This document shows positions 1 through 14,400 of a stretch of DNA of 64,000 nucleotides, one piece after another. Source of the DNA: Setoptus koraiensis (taxonomy: Eukaryota; Animalia; Arthropoda). The position numbers and the translations under genes are program-made. The stretch lies in the NCBI GenBank assembly GCA_048013815.1, contig CM106585.1, positions 16,678,001-16,742,000 on the forward strand, in the 5' to 3' direction. The notes beneath the pieces are model-generated. The model was not told the DNA's origin. It searched no databases and saw nothing but the letters and a program-made list of their open reading frames with translations. Position 1 is the stretch's first letter. Each line of letters opens with the position of its first letter.

Positions 1-1062
1 GGCCGGCTTTTGGCAGCAGCAGTTTCAGATAGTTAGTCAGACACTGACTGTTAGATGGTCAAGTGCAGGTCGGTGCTGTGAGGCTGGCTGCCCGGACACT
101 TGTGCCAGTGAGACAGACAACACAAATAACTAGCGATAGAAATAATATCCCGGGCCAGTGGTATTTGAATTGGAATTTTTCAATAGCTGATAGCTAATTC
201 GCAGCTCGCTAATAGAGCAACAACAGCCAAGCGATAGAGAATAAGAGGAGAAAAAAAAACATGTTAATCAGCGCGTCAGTTTGTGTCGTCGCCTGTCCAC
301 TATTCACGCCCATCTCACGTGAAATGACTTCACGTGAGATACAAATACAAATGCTTGCAGGGCTATTAGTGCCCCTACACACTTACACTAGCATGTAGCG
401 TATGTTGTTGTCGATGTGTTCGCCACGAGGATAATCGATTAGTTTGAACAATGGGGAATTAGTGCACACAATTGGAGAAACTGGATCAACGGCAACAGCA
501 GCAGCAGACACACAAAAAAGATTGATCTGAGAGAGCTGTTAAACGATTGGGCTGAGCCCGGCCGTCAGCCGGGCCAAGCCGAACGAGAGAACGTTGGTGA
601 CCTATGCCTCTTAGCAGTGATGGAATCCTAATGTCTCTCGAATGTCCGATGGAACAAGAGATCTCATCAAATACAAGACCAACTATCTGAGCTGGCGGAC
701 CCCACACTGGCGTAGGCGCGACGTGTGAGGTCCAGCCCACACAAAACAAGCGCTCTGTTTAATGGCAGCAACTCTAAACAACAAACACTAATCTTCTTTA
801 TCATGCATTCTTTTTTTCCTCTCTCTCTCCACAAATGATCCCTCTGTCCGCCTCCAATCAACGCTCAACAATGTAACCTGATGATATTTGTTGCCGAACC
901 CAACTCCCAATCCAATCACCACGCCTCGCACCTAAATCAATCAATCAACTTGCGGTGGTCAAATTTGTGTTTGCGTCCCTCGCACGGCACCAACGACGCC
1001 GACGACAACAACAACAACATCATCAACAACAACAACAACAAATTGCGTCAACGCGAAAACAG

Positions 1063-4000
1063 GCTCGCGCTAAATGCGGACGAAACAGACGAGCGGCCGC
1101 CGCTCACCTGGCCAACAGCGCCTCATTGCGCTCGCTGATTGTGCCCGTCTCGCCGGCCCTCAATAGCACGTCGGCGCTGGAGCTGGTCCAGTTGGCCCCG
1201 CAGCCGCTGGGTCAGTTGGCCGCGCTGGCGCAAACGTCGCCCCTGCTGTCGCTATTCAATCGTTTGGACGGATTTGTGCACGAGCTGCAACAAACGCGTG
1301 GCTTCTTCGCTACCTGGCCCGATCGCATTTGCGAATACAAATCGAGCGTCTCAGCGGATTCGCCGGACAACACCCAACAACAACAACAACAGCAACAACA
1401 AAATGGATCTGCCTCTTGTTGGAATGGACGCGACTTCGCTCCGTAAGTATTATGGCCATAGCATGTTTTAGTGACACACATTATATCTGCTCTGGAATCT
1501 GCGTGTGTGTGTGCTTGATCAGATGATTCATTAGCGCGTCGTTTTCTTTCGCGACGTTTTCTCACGGCCCGCTCCGGCCGCTCGGGACCACCGCTCATAG
1601 CGGTAGCAACCGGCAAACATTCAGAAGCGGCGGCGGCGGCGACAACAACAGCAACAAGTAGACCCACAATTCGTGCATTAATTAGGTGGAGGTCAACGAT
1701 CTTGATCTCGGGCACGCATTGTCAGTGCGAAGAAGTTTTTGGTGCTTGTTTGCACGTCACGTCACGTCATCTTCTGCTGCTGGCCGCAGCGTTGCGCCGT
1801 TGGTGCACGTTGGTGCGGTTCGCATGCCATCGCTGACCATCACCGACGGTCAGTAATGGCACCGCAAGTGTACAATTGTCACCGCATTAACTGGTGTTGC
1901 ATTCTTGTTGTGTCGCACAAATATAAAAATTTATGTGCGCCGACACACAATCGGGCACCTCCGTGCACCGCGTCGCAATGGGTGCCCGACGGTGCGATGC
2001 GCCGGTGTGTGCGTGTGTGTGTGCAAAAAGGGGCCAAAGTTTAGCCGGCAAACAGTAGTGCGGCCCGCTGTGCCATCATTGTCACCTTGTTGGCTGGCTT
2101 TAGCACGTGTGTGTGTGTGTCGCATTTGAATATATTCCACCATTTGAATATCTGCGACTATTTGAACAGTGTCCACTGTGCTGAGCTTAGTGCGCGGACG
2201 CGACAACGCGAACGGGGCGCAATTCTCTTCGTGCGCCCATGATGAAGCCCACGATGAAGCCCACGATGAAACCCACGATGAAACCCACGATAGAGCCCAT
2301 GATAAAGTGCCATTGAGAGTGAATATCCGCCGCTACTAGAACACAATATCATTCTCATGCGCGCGTTCCATTCATCGATTCGTTGGCCGGCCACAGGATA
2401 CGCCAGCACAAACAATGCTGCCGTGGGCCCCGTGCGCCAGGTATGCGCCACTGGCATCGGCATGGGCCCGCGGCACACAGCAGCAACAGGAATTCGGCTG
2501 CAACGCCAGCCGCCCTAATGGTGGTTCGCTGCCTATTCTTTTGCTCGGTTTGCATTCGGTTCATTTTGGGCGACGCTAGCGCCGGTGTCACTACTCCAAT
2601 TGTGGCCGGCGCACCCGATCCCAATTGGAGCAGCGGCGGGCACCAGCTGAACAGCGACCGCTGAGTCCGAGGTGCCGGTTGGTCACTTTAAACCGGCCAG
2701 CATGGGCCGCGGCGTTGGCACCTCCAGCCCCGTGTGTGTGTGTTTACCTCAAAAGGTCAATTGTTGTTGTGGCCGGCCACTGCAACAATTGGTCGGTGCC
2801 GGCGCTGTAAAACGCGATGCACCATCCAACGCGATGCGCTGTCGAACGCGAATGAATGGCTGTTGTTCACGAACAAAGAATTGTTTGAAACATTTGCTGA
2901 ATCGGAGCGAGAACACGTTCGTTCTCGGCGGCGCTGGCGGCGGCGCTGTTGTTGTTTTTAGCGCTGGCCCAAATTGTTGTTGTGATCTCTGTTCGATTTT
3001 GCTGTCTCCACGCTTCTGCTGGCCCCCGGAGCCTGCTGCACACATGCGACACAATACCGGCTACCGGAGCACACACACGAGCCCCAATTGTTGAAATGGC
3101 CGCCCGGCGATCAATCATGTGAAAATGGTCGGCCCCAAACACGGCTCCGCCGATATGTGAGCGTGCCTGCAGACAAGTAGCATTACGGTCCATTATGTCA
3201 CCCGGTGCGGTGTCTCATTACGCATCATTGGCAACCTGATGCAACCAGCCCCCTCCGAGCCAGCCTATGAAAGCAGGAGACAATGTTGGCCCAGTGGGCA
3301 TGTGCATGGGCCGCGGCCGTGTGGGAACTTGTAAACAAGGAGCAATGGTCAAAAACTCGGCAGCCGAACGAGCCAGAGAAGCCGAACGAGCCAGAGAAGC
3401 CGAACGGGCCAAAGAAGCGTTCTTCGCTGTCGCAGGTGTCACACGCGCTACTTCCTCTCGGCCGGTGCCGGCTCACGTGGGCCACATGCACCAAAGAGCC
3501 CGTGTGTACGGTGCATGCGAACAGTGAAATGATGCGAACAATGACAAAGAAACGCAGCGGCTACTTGTTGCTTCTTTGTTGTCGCTGGTGGACGGCGTGC
3601 TCCGCAGCGGCCCGTTCCAATTCGATTGGTCCGTTGGCCGGAGTCCAGCGCTGCAGCGCGGCCGAAATGTCCAATCGGATTCCGATGGATTGATTCGATT
3701 TTCATTGGACGCACTGGATGCGTGTTCCGATGGTGCCAGTTGGACGCGAGGCATGGACTCGAAGGCTGAAATTGATTCGGTTTCCATTGATGCCATTCCT
3801 TCGGTCGAACGCTGGCCGGGAGGCGGACGCGGACGCACAAACACAAGCTCGGCCAGCAATCCTTCTCGCCGGTTCGTTGTCATTGATTAAAAGAGGACAC
3901 CGCTCAGCAACAGCAATGACATGCATCGCTACTGTTCCATTGTTGACAACGAAATGCGACCACCATTAGCCAGCGGCCAATAGCGCTCGTCGGAATCATG

Positions 4001-4348
4001 CGAGCCGTCGGAACGGCGACCAGGCAACGAAGCGCCGATTGTGTTCGATTCGTTAGACTCCATTGGCGGCGATTGGCAATTTGCGCTAGATTGCGGCCAG
4101 TGTCAGCTCGATTAGAGGGCTCATTTAGGCAACAATTTTCATTTATTTTCAGGCTCACATTGGCACTGAGAGCGCTTCGGCGGCGCTCACAGAATCGCAG
4201 GCTTCTATCGCGGGCCAAACAAGTTCGCTGCCGACGGAATGAATGGCGCATTGGCGAAAGAAGCGCTTCGCACAGAGATTCGCGCGTCCACGGCAGCGGC
4301 CAAAGGAACGGAGCGGCCGGCGTGCCGAGAATTGATTCACAGAATGGC

Positions 4349-4385
<37 letters not shown>

Positions 4386-7300
4386 TGTGGACAATCGGAC
4401 AGAGGAAGAGCCGAATGACAATGGACAATGGTGCAGATGCAGTCGAGTGGACACGAGACACGCAGTTTATTGGTGTGATTCATTCACTTCCGATTGCAGC
4501 TTGACCGCTGCTGGCCGACCGGCCGCTTCTGTAGCGCCTGTCGGTGTGTCGTCGCTGAGGCATCGGCACAGTTTCTTCGGCCACAGTCGAGTTGCTGCAG
4601 TGCGGCGATATAGGCGACGTCGGTGGACAGTGTCGATGATAGTGCTGCTGCAGCAGCAGCACTTGTTGTTGCTGCTGTTGGCGTGGATATCCTCCGATCT
4701 CATTCATAATGATCGCTATTGATGGTCATTATCTGCTCATGGCCGATCCCATGCTCACTGATGGTCGACGAGACGACCGGTCTATTCTAGGGCCGTCGAT
4801 GCTGGCCAACAAGGGCCATTATTTATCATCATCTTATCATATGGAGCAGATCGCCGGAAGATGCACCACTTGTGAGTGAGAGTGCGTGTGATGGCACACA
4901 ATAGATAATAATAATAATAATTAAGCATCATATGGCATTGTGGCGTTTAGGGGTGGTCAGCAATAATGTTTGTATTGATGTGTTGTTGTGTTAATAGTTG
5001 CTGCTATAGTGGCAGCAGTTAATGTTCAAATAATTGTTGGGCACACACACACACACACACACAACATCGCTGCTGTCAGCGGAGCCAGCTATAAGCAAAT
5101 TGGATAATTGCCGCCGCTGCTGATGCTGCTCTAAATGGCCAATAATGGCCCAAACACTCTGACCCACACCGAGCACACCAATTATCCGGTCGCGATAAGA
5201 AGCCAGCCCCATTGGCACCTGATAATTGATATAAATTGTGCTTCGCTTGCTGCATGCCAGCAGTTGAAAATGGTGAGCTTACGAGTGCAAGCTCTGAATT
5301 GTTGGCCATCTAAATTTGGGCGAGCTCCAAATAGAGCTGGGGATATTTGAATTGGATTTTTAATGAATAAGCAGCTAATGTTGGCGAACAAGCAACATTC
5401 TTTCGCCAGGCTGTATGTGTGTTGCGCAACGATTCTGTCAATTGATTTCAGGTCGGCTACACACAATCTAAAATCATTTGCGACTCAATGAAGCCGAACG
5501 CGTGCTGCATACTAATGAGCCGATGGCCGTCGATAATGATGCATATTTGCATATTCATTATTGAATGCAACGGCAGCAACCTGTTGTGTTCGTGTCGCTC
5601 CCCCATATTTCTGTGTTCTCTATGTTCTCTATATTCTATATATTTTCGCAGTCTGCTGACTGTTGCGCCGGCCGCTGCTGTCGTCGTAGGCGATTGACTG
5701 TTGCGGCGATCGCACGACCTGCGGTTATGGCTCGAGCCACAGTCGAGCCGCAGGAATGCCCCCAGTAGAGCCCGAGAGGAATCCCGCCTGCGACCTGCAA
5801 TGGTTTGCATCGGTGTTCGGTTCGCTGGAAATCAAATCAGATGAGATGATCGTGCGATAGTGACAGTGTTCAGCGCGATTGCAGCATGATCTATTTTATA
5901 TCTGCCATTATGCAATCTCGCTGTTGCTCTCCACTGCCACCGCCACTACCGGCTCTCTGGGTCGCTTGGGACAACGCTGATAATGCGAACAATAATTATT
6001 GATGGAACACACACACTAAAGCATAATCGCCGTTGCCGCGCAATCAGCCATGAGTGGGAGCAGCAACAACAGCAACAACAACAGCGGCAACAATAACAGC
6101 GGCAACGGCAACAACGGCAACAAGTGTCGGTCGCGTCGTGGGAAATCCAATCAATTTCTCTGTGTAACGCCCGGCGACGCTCGGCAACACTTGAGATGGC
6201 CCACTTGATGATGGTGCGCCAATTGAGTTTGTGTGCCTCTTGAAAACTTGTTGTTGCTGTTGTTGTTGCTGTTCACCTCTCTGTCAGTGTGTTGCAAAAC
6301 AAACAAACAAACAAACAAGAGGAATTGTTATTTGATGCGAGCGCACACAATCAAATGGGGTTGCCGTGTTGGTTGCACAATAGCCGCCGTTAAGCCAACA
6401 GACCGGCACTGTCCGATGTGTGCTATCTGAGCTATGGCCGCTATCATCGCGCTTTGACTCCAAAACTGACTTTGGTTCAATTGGCCCAACAGAGAGAACA
6501 GTTCTCAGTTTGACCCAGTCGAACTGAGAACTGTGTTGTGTTGTTGCACTTGTTGTTGGCGAACTCAAAACAAGCAAAACTCACATCATGAGTAGTCGTC
6601 GGCTCTGCTTGACGTCGATGTTATGCGAGCCAGCCGAGAAGCCGCTGTGAGGTGGAGCCTTCGTTTTTCAATCACTATTGGCCATACTCGTCGGACCTCA
6701 ATGGCGTGCTGCTGCCGCCGCCGCCACCGCCACCGCTGCCCCATCACTGATTCTGTCGAGCGTTCTGTTTCTATTGACAGCACCAACTAATCTAGCACCA
6801 GCCACACATATATTGCATACATGATACACGTGCTACATGTGTGCGAAGCAGCGAAGAATCCGACCGCCAGAACCGCCGACAGAACCAACAGCGTCCCTAA
6901 CAAACGACGACCAAAGAATTTGCTCTCGAATGCCTGTTCGCTCTCGAACTGCGAGCGGCCAGTGTGTAGTGGTCAAGTGTCGGTGTTGTTGTCGTTGTTG
7001 TTGTAGTTGCAGCTTGTTGTTGTTTGCTATCCACGGAAAGTGTGTGCTGTTCTCCACCATAAATTATGCCGTAATCATCGACGCTTGTCGCAAGGCGCTC
7101 AATTCTCCATATGGAGTCGCGTTTTTGCTGCCATTTTATTGCCATAAGCACCATGATGATTATTTTCTTAGTTTCACTTGAGCTCATCGCTCATTACGCA
7201 CATACGATAGCCAACTAACTAATTTACAAGCCCACTGACTAACTAAGCAAATTGCTCATGTACACACCAGCCAGAGTCTGGCTGCTGAGATGTAATATAT

Positions 7301-7706
7301 ATTCTTTTGGGCATTTAGGTAACTCTGCTATTGACATTCGCGCCCGGCCGGCCAAAGAATTCTTCTTGCTCATCGTCACGTGCCTCGTGGGTTTGGCCAA
7401 GCATTGCGCGAAGTGACGTTACGTCAATCTAACAGCAATCGTGCTCTGGCGGCTCTGTTTATCTAGACTAGACATGATTCAAAGTGATCTTTGTTGGTGG
7501 CAAGACAGGCATAGGCAGTGGCGCTCTTTGTTCGCGGCCATCAACACTGGCAACAACAGACCGACACAATGATCAGCAGTCTGAAATATCATGGTCAAAT
7601 TAAAAAATGAACGATCATCTCCCGAGATCCATGCGAGATGGTCTAGATAAATCAAAACGATGCTGGCCGAAGAGCCAGTCCACTAGCACTCGCCACCACT
7701 CTCCAT

Positions 7707-7803
<97 letters not shown>

Positions 7804-9859
7804 CCACTCAAACGAAGCTCTTTGTCACGATGTAGTTTTCATGGTGCCACTAAAGTGTAAATGTTCTGTTTATTATTGCTGCTATCTCAAAAATCATTTA
7901 TGTCTGTCTATATGGCGATGCTATATGGCCCATCATTGGCCGATGATAGACCACTAGTGCAGGTAGTGTTGGCGATCGTGATAGAAAATGATCGTGACTC
8001 CATCTTCGGCCGCATCAGCGTCATGTGTGTTTGTGCCTAGTGATAATCATTCTGGCGACTCGTCGCTGGTCACTTGCTGGGCGGCAACAACTGGTCTCTA
8101 TTATAAACATCGGCAACTCTCAGGTGATATACTCTCCTAGTGTGTTGATATTTCAAGCAACATGCCTCAGTAGTGGTAGTTTATGCCGATGAACAGGTGA
8201 AGCCAATGGCCATTGGTTATTATCATACTATCACTATAGACTCTTCATCTTATCTATTGCTCTCTATAGCCAATCAAAACTAACCTACCAGTGCAGCATT
8301 CACATGGACAGCTTTGCTTTATACACAGTGGACGTGGTGTTACGCTCGCCAGTGGTGTTGCTAGAGCAGAACCAAATAAATTAGCTCTGCTTCTTTGCTA
8401 ACTCTCTGATTAATTTATGCTTATGACCCCGGCAGCTCACCAGCTACAGATAAAGACCTTTGATCGCATGGCAGTCTAACCACCAACGATGATTATTATT
8501 ATCGCCAACTGTTGCTGCCAAATGATAACGAATCCATTAAGGGTGGCTGATTTGTTGATTGATACTCACTTCAACGTGCCTGTTTTGTCTGTCATCGTGG
8601 CAGGCCTAGTGTTTTAGCTGGTTGTTATTCTCGTCCGGCTAGTCCAGGCCCACCAAACAAACACTTGATGCGATACCAACATTTCATTCGATGATAACAT
8701 TATACTTATTTGCACTTTCAAAGCAATAAAATCATCGTTATCGTTGCTCGTATCCAATGACTCAACCAGAATCATCAACAACTTGTTTATAGCTAGGCTC
8801 ATTTGCATCACCAAATGGAAATTTGCATTCTCCATCTCTCTTGTTTCGCTACTAACGCTCACTAATGAATCAATTGAACTATTACCTTATCATTCCTTCT
8901 AAATAAACATAACTAACCAATACTATTCATTTGTTCATTCATTTGACTTGTTTGTGAATTTTAGGTATAGAGCCGCTGTGGTACAATTCGGCCAAATAGG
9001 CTCTGGCAACCCCGAAGTGCAACGTCCAAACGAGCCCTTCAATCCGCTCATACTCAACATAATAGACAAATTAAAAGATGCCGGCTCACAGTTGTCACGC
9101 AAAAATACACGCTCGCCCGCAGCCTCAATCTATAGTGATTCTAGCATCAAAAAATACGGCCATTCTAGTGGTACAAATCATAAAAATGCCCTTACTAATG
9201 GCAACATCTTTGGCCAATCAACTAATTCGAATCACAAATTAATCGAGGAAGATCAGGAACCAATTGAAGAACAAGAAACAATAGTTCACCACGAGTCGTC
9301 GACAAACGTGAATAGAGTATCACAATCAGCCAATAACAACAATCAACAACCCGACAGATCGGAAGTGACAAGCGAGAGCGAACAACCAGTTCACACGATT
9401 ATTGATTCGCAAGAAACTGGTGAAGATGAGACCGATGGTGAGATAGACGAGGGCAGCGGCGATTATTATCCTGTTGACGAAGAACCAGACAGTGGAGCTG
9501 AGGAGCCTTGTGACGAAGGCGAAGATTGTCAGCCCTCGCAAACACCACCATTGATTACCGATGAGTACGAAGGCGTACCTGAAAATACAGTTGACCACAA
9601 ACAAGATGAATTAACTTCTCAATCAAATGATCCACACGTGTATAACAATGAAGATACTAATCCACCACCTTTGAATCCACCATTTAGATACAATGAGATT
9701 CCCGATGAAAGCAAGATGGTTGGCTCCTCGGCTAGCTATACTCACTGCCCAGCATCCTTCGCTACCACGCTCATTTATTCGATCGTATCGACGGTGACAA
9801 TTTGCTCAACCTTGATATCATCATCGAATTGGCACAGACGGACACTTGTATTTGCTTGA
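1063..9859 (+). CDS. Glypican family GPI-anchored heparan-sulfate proteoglycan (Dally/Dally-like type), 3' part; exons 1063-1442 and 8965-9859; the 5' exons lie upstream of the window
   Basis: Exon 1063-1442 reads ARAKCGRNRR (furin-type site)...QTRGFFATWPDRIC...SCWNGRDFA, matching the glypican C-terminal core (KFWxxLPxxVC...CWNG). Donor CC|GTAAGT at 1442/1443 is phase 2 and joins TTTTAG|G at 8964/8965 in frame, giving PYRAAVV...GNPEV...IIDKLK, like glypican RY.PEV...NPEV...LK. The last exon has acidic Ser-Gly sites (DEGSGDYY, PDSGAEE, CDEGEDC) and a hydrophobic C-terminal GPI-type tail. Dally versus Dlp cannot be resolved. Confidence 0.85.
2236..2306. repeat. 12-bp minisatellite, about 6 copies (CCCACGATGAAR)
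   Basis: cccatgatgaag-cccacgatgaag-cccacgatgaaa-cccacgatgaaa-cccacgatagag-cccatgataaag, seen directly. Confidence 0.85.
3365..3415. repeat. 18-bp tandem repeat, about 3 copies (CCGAACGAGCCAGAGAAG)
   Basis: Seen directly; it produces the AERARE repeat in spurious ORFs. Confidence 0.8.
7711..7800. repeat. (GA)45 microsatellite
   Basis: Uninterrupted GA dinucleotide run of 90 nt in the glypican intron. Confidence 0.97.
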
Positions 9860-11416
9860 GCTTGGGATTTGGTGATATTAGTTAGTTATTGTTGTTGTTG
9901 TTGTTATTGTTGAAATACTCCCTCAATTCTTCTTTATTACTTTCTGTAATATAAGCCACACACCGGAACCAATCCACCAACTATTCGAACCAAACGTTCG
10001 CTTTAAACACTAGCATCTATAACTGGGATGGCTCACAGATTGAGATACTACTAAAATTCAACTGATCTCGTTTCCAGAAGCACGATATTTAAACTTGCAT
10101 TTGTTTGAAGATTGCGTCTATCCAAAGACACACGCACTAACCATGTATTATATCTATAATTAATTGATATGAAATCTCATTCGTTGATCTCGTTAGTGCA
10201 AATGAAATTTGTCAACTAACTGAGATAAACGAATCAGTAGTGATATTATTTTGTGACATTAAACAACCAGACATGTCTGCTTATAAGCTCGGAAAAATCT
10301 CAAAAAAATTTTGGAATTGTAGATATGGAAAGAAAAAATAAAAGATTGATCAACAGATCATGCATTCATTTTGAATATTTATCTATCTCATAAGAATATT
10401 TCAATTCATTGAGCTGAACAAAACACTTTTGTGAATGTATAAGAATCGTCTGGACTACTTGGATTAAAAAAAAAATACAATTTTCAACTGTTTGTGGCCC
10501 CTTTTGATGTGACAATTGACCTATGTAAAAAGATCAAATCTGCCTCTAAGTTTCCAATAACTAGAAACGAAAATCCGGTACTACTCATATTGTCCACAGA
10601 CCGAGGTCTACCTGTTCTGTGACACAGGCTCAAGATGGAAGTAACGGGCAACTAAGACCTTATCTTGATCATATAACATTGACTCAACTAGAATTTATGT
10701 TCTGAAAAAGCTGATTGCGACATCATCATACTTACGTCGCGGGCCTCAATTGGACATTCTAGAGAAAATCGGTATCAAATGAAACCGATCGAACCCATTC
10801 TAAGACTGTATGAATCAAGCTAATTCTATTTCGTTCACTATAATTGATGTCATGTAGTTTTAATTTATTCATACAAGTTTCAATCGGCGATAATTAAATC
10901 GAATGTCTGACTTTGATTGCCCAGGTAAGAGTTTAATACAAACTATACATAGAGTTGCGTCAGTATTGGTGATCGCCGGATATTGAAAATGTAGTTACAA
11001 TGTTTTTCCGAAGGTTTTGATAAATAAACAGTCTTGACATGATCTTCCAAGAAGAGTTTACGTAGACATGGCCGCAAAAACGCCTCTACCCTTTCAATAT
11101 ATTCGTGATAACAATAACTGTAATGTGAGATTCTGATCTAGATTAGATTGCATTGGGCCCGGCTAAAATCAATTATAGCCAGAGTTTTGACCGCCGAACT
11201 TAATTTTCTATACTTGTCCTAATATTGTTAATTTATAAACATTGATAGTCCTAATGATTGGGAATGAGGTTGCTTATGGGAGTAACGTCGATGTTAAATT
11301 TGGCAATTTCGTTGGAGACTGAGTTGATGCTGAGATCTTCGAGAGATGATAATGTTCTGACTGAGATTGATACATGGATATTCAAGCATTATCATGAATA
11401 AGTACAACCTTAATGT

Positions 11417-14400
11417 TCAACTAGTGGAGTATATGTGATGTTCAGGTGTTGCATGTTTGCTATTTCCGATTAAATGATTATTACTACTAACATGCTGAAG
11501 CGTGCCCGTGCGGCTGTTATAAGGGGAACATCGATCCGATATATCTGACGATGCTTGATCTATCGCTGTTGCCTGACCTTGACCACCCATTGAGTTAAGT
11601 GTTGAGGCAAGATTTTCTATGGCGCGATACAAAAATAGGTAATCATCTTGTGAACGCCAAATTCCGGGTCGCCGTAAATGGGCAAGCTTCGCATACATAT
11701 AAACATCGACGGCAAATTCAAAGTTATATTGCTTATATAATGTGGTGAGCACGGCAAATGTGGCAGCTTCTGTGCCTCCAAAACGATCCACCACTATAAC
11801 TGGACCACCATTCTGAGTTTCGTGGTCTTGGCCAATAGTAACAGATTGACCGTTTCCGTTATTTCCTTGACTGTGGTGAGTTGCAGTCGAGTTCTGAACA
11901 ACCTGAATAAGATTAAATACTCCACTAAGAGGGCCACAAACTTCAGGCCAACCTGGGCAATGGATAACACGACATTGTAGTTCATAGTCGTCTTGGGTAC
12001 TTCGCATTATGAAATCGCGCGTTACTATTACGCCAGAGTTCTCTTTGGTTATAAGTGTAGATTCGGCGGTCAGTTTTACTTTGAAACTACCATAATCCAC
12101 TTCGTCTTCTTTCTGGGGCCAGAATTGTGGATAATCCTTGAGATCTGACATGGATGTCAATAGAACAATAGTTTGTGAGTTGTGGTCATAAACCATTTGC
12201 CAAAAATCGCTGAATGTTTCATAAACTGGATGTTGAGTAATGATGAATTCTCGCAAATGATTAAATCCCATTAAAAAGCTGGCGTTGATGTAATCTGACC
12301 CATCAGTGCCTGGCTTTGGAGTGATGTGCACTCTGTGCGCCTCCAAAGGTATTAGATTTAAGGAACGATTTTTATGTTTGTTACATGGTTTCAGTGCGCT
12401 CACTACATTGAAATCTTTGGCTTTAAAACTAGATACTAGTTTATATTGTCTATCAAGAAGTGACCACTGTTGCTGATGTTGTTGACCATTTCCATTCAGC
12501 ATGGAAGAGGGTGAGCTCTGTAAACCGTGAGTTCCGCCTAAAACAGTCAACTGTTGCTTACCAACATCATTATTGGTAATTAGATTGTTTTGACTGATGC
12601 TTTGATGAATCTGCTGTTGCGACGTCAATAGTGTGTTAGTAGTATTTCCATTTAGTGAGTAAGAAGACATGGATTGCAAGCTACCTGTCTGCAATGTCTG
12701 GATATATTTTCCAATGAAAGTTGACGCAACTTCAGTCTCTCCACTCTCTATTGCCTCGACTAAAGCGTCGTGTATAAATATATATTGCTCTTCCGTTTGT
12801 ACTAAATAGTTTCTTTGACTTCGTATATGTTTCAAAAAATCGACAACATTAATGGATTGTCTATGACGAATTTGTTTGAGCATTGCGTCGATCACAACAT
12901 AAGTTCCCTGTAAGTTGTAATTGCGAATTAAATGTGTGCATACGATGAAATGATTAGTTAGGGACAAGGATGTAATAGCAATATTATGTTTTAAGCTGAA
13001 AGAGCAACTTACCGAGCGACCACAGCCGGCAGAACAGTGACATATAATAGCCCCCGCACCGGGAGGGTTTGCTGAGGCTGATTTTTTCACAAAGCTTAAT
13101 ACAGGTAGTGGATGATCAGGAACACCATGATCAGGCCAATTTGTGTAGTGATATTGGTAGACAGTGCGCTCAGATCCACTCTTCTGCTATAGTCAAGAAA
13201 ATTATATGGAACAGTTGTTTTAGACTCAATTCAGTCACCTAGAAAATAAATGTTTCTTTGAAATGAATCACTTCAACATGGATGACGTAGTTACCTTTTT
13301 TATTTTGAGATTCTTAGCAGTGAATGTGCGTAAGGTATAGGTAGCCATAACTACTTCTTGCAAGAGTTTAACCTGTATGTGTCCGTAGGTCTCGGTACCT
13401 TCTTTTGGCCAATACATATCACATTTCCTCTGTAGATCCACACGAGTGATTTGAATATTAAATAGAACAAAAAGGTGATAGTTTAGTCAGGTATTACATA
13501 GTTGGCCAAAAATGTTATTCATGATTAACCGTTTAGACGTTAACATGAGAGATCTATTACATCAAGTGAAACCGTGACTCGTGAGAGTGAATATTGCTGT
13601 AACAAAGGCGCTTATCTGCACACTAGTAGAGGCAGGTACAACTTGAACATTACGACTAATTTATTCCGGTTGCCAATAACACACTGACGGTATTATTTTA
13701 TTAATGGAAACCGTAGCCATTCATCATGTTCCTTAATTGAGAGATTATACAGCTGTCAATCACCAAAATTATTCTCAAGCTCAAAACTAACGCCTGCATC
13801 AAGTTTCTTTCAACAATGTTGATTAGAGCGCATCAGCTGTCAGTGAATAATTTGGCACCTTCATGAATTGTTTAATCGGGTGTTTTTTTTTTCATGCCTC
13901 GGTAACTCTTTCCTCTCTTTCGATCAGCAATAACGGAGGCAGCCAACTGATTCTCAAACACTCTCTCTAATTGAAAGAAGTCGATCTGTCGAATTGTTTT
14001 ATCCAGAACTACAAGACTCAAACTTTGCTAAAGATTAAATAGAGTGTATAAAGAAGGATGCGTCTCGTCTATCCACTTACCCTGCCTCTCTCCTGGAGAT
14101 TAGTTATCATGACTATAATAACAACCCGTTGTTCCCAAATCATACGCCAGTAATCTTCGAAAGTGGATGGCAATGGGCCCTGAGTACCTATATAGGCGCG
14201 TGGCTTATTGTAACCCTGCATGTTATAACAGAATGAAGAAAAGAGATAAATCAATATAATGATTCTTGGGATATACTATATTTTTAGAGTCAGACAGACT
14301 CATTATAGTAGTAATACTTACGTCAATGAAGTTTGCATTTATATAGTCGGAGCCTGGCTTCTTTTGACCTGGCATCTGCCTAAGCAGCACTCTACTATGG

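Noticed and set aside
482-715. Reading frame with faint glypican-like words (IDLRELLNDW; CLLAVMES*CLSNVRW)
   Set aside because: It has in-frame stops, and there is too little room before 1063 for the intervening conserved glypican core, so it is probably chance.
1500-7200. Dozens of overlapping 60-185 aa ORFs in the glypican intron
   Set aside because: They arise from GC-rich and microsatellite sequence (CVCVCV, HTHTHT, poly-Q/C/T translations), and I find no recognisable domains or consistent splice structure.
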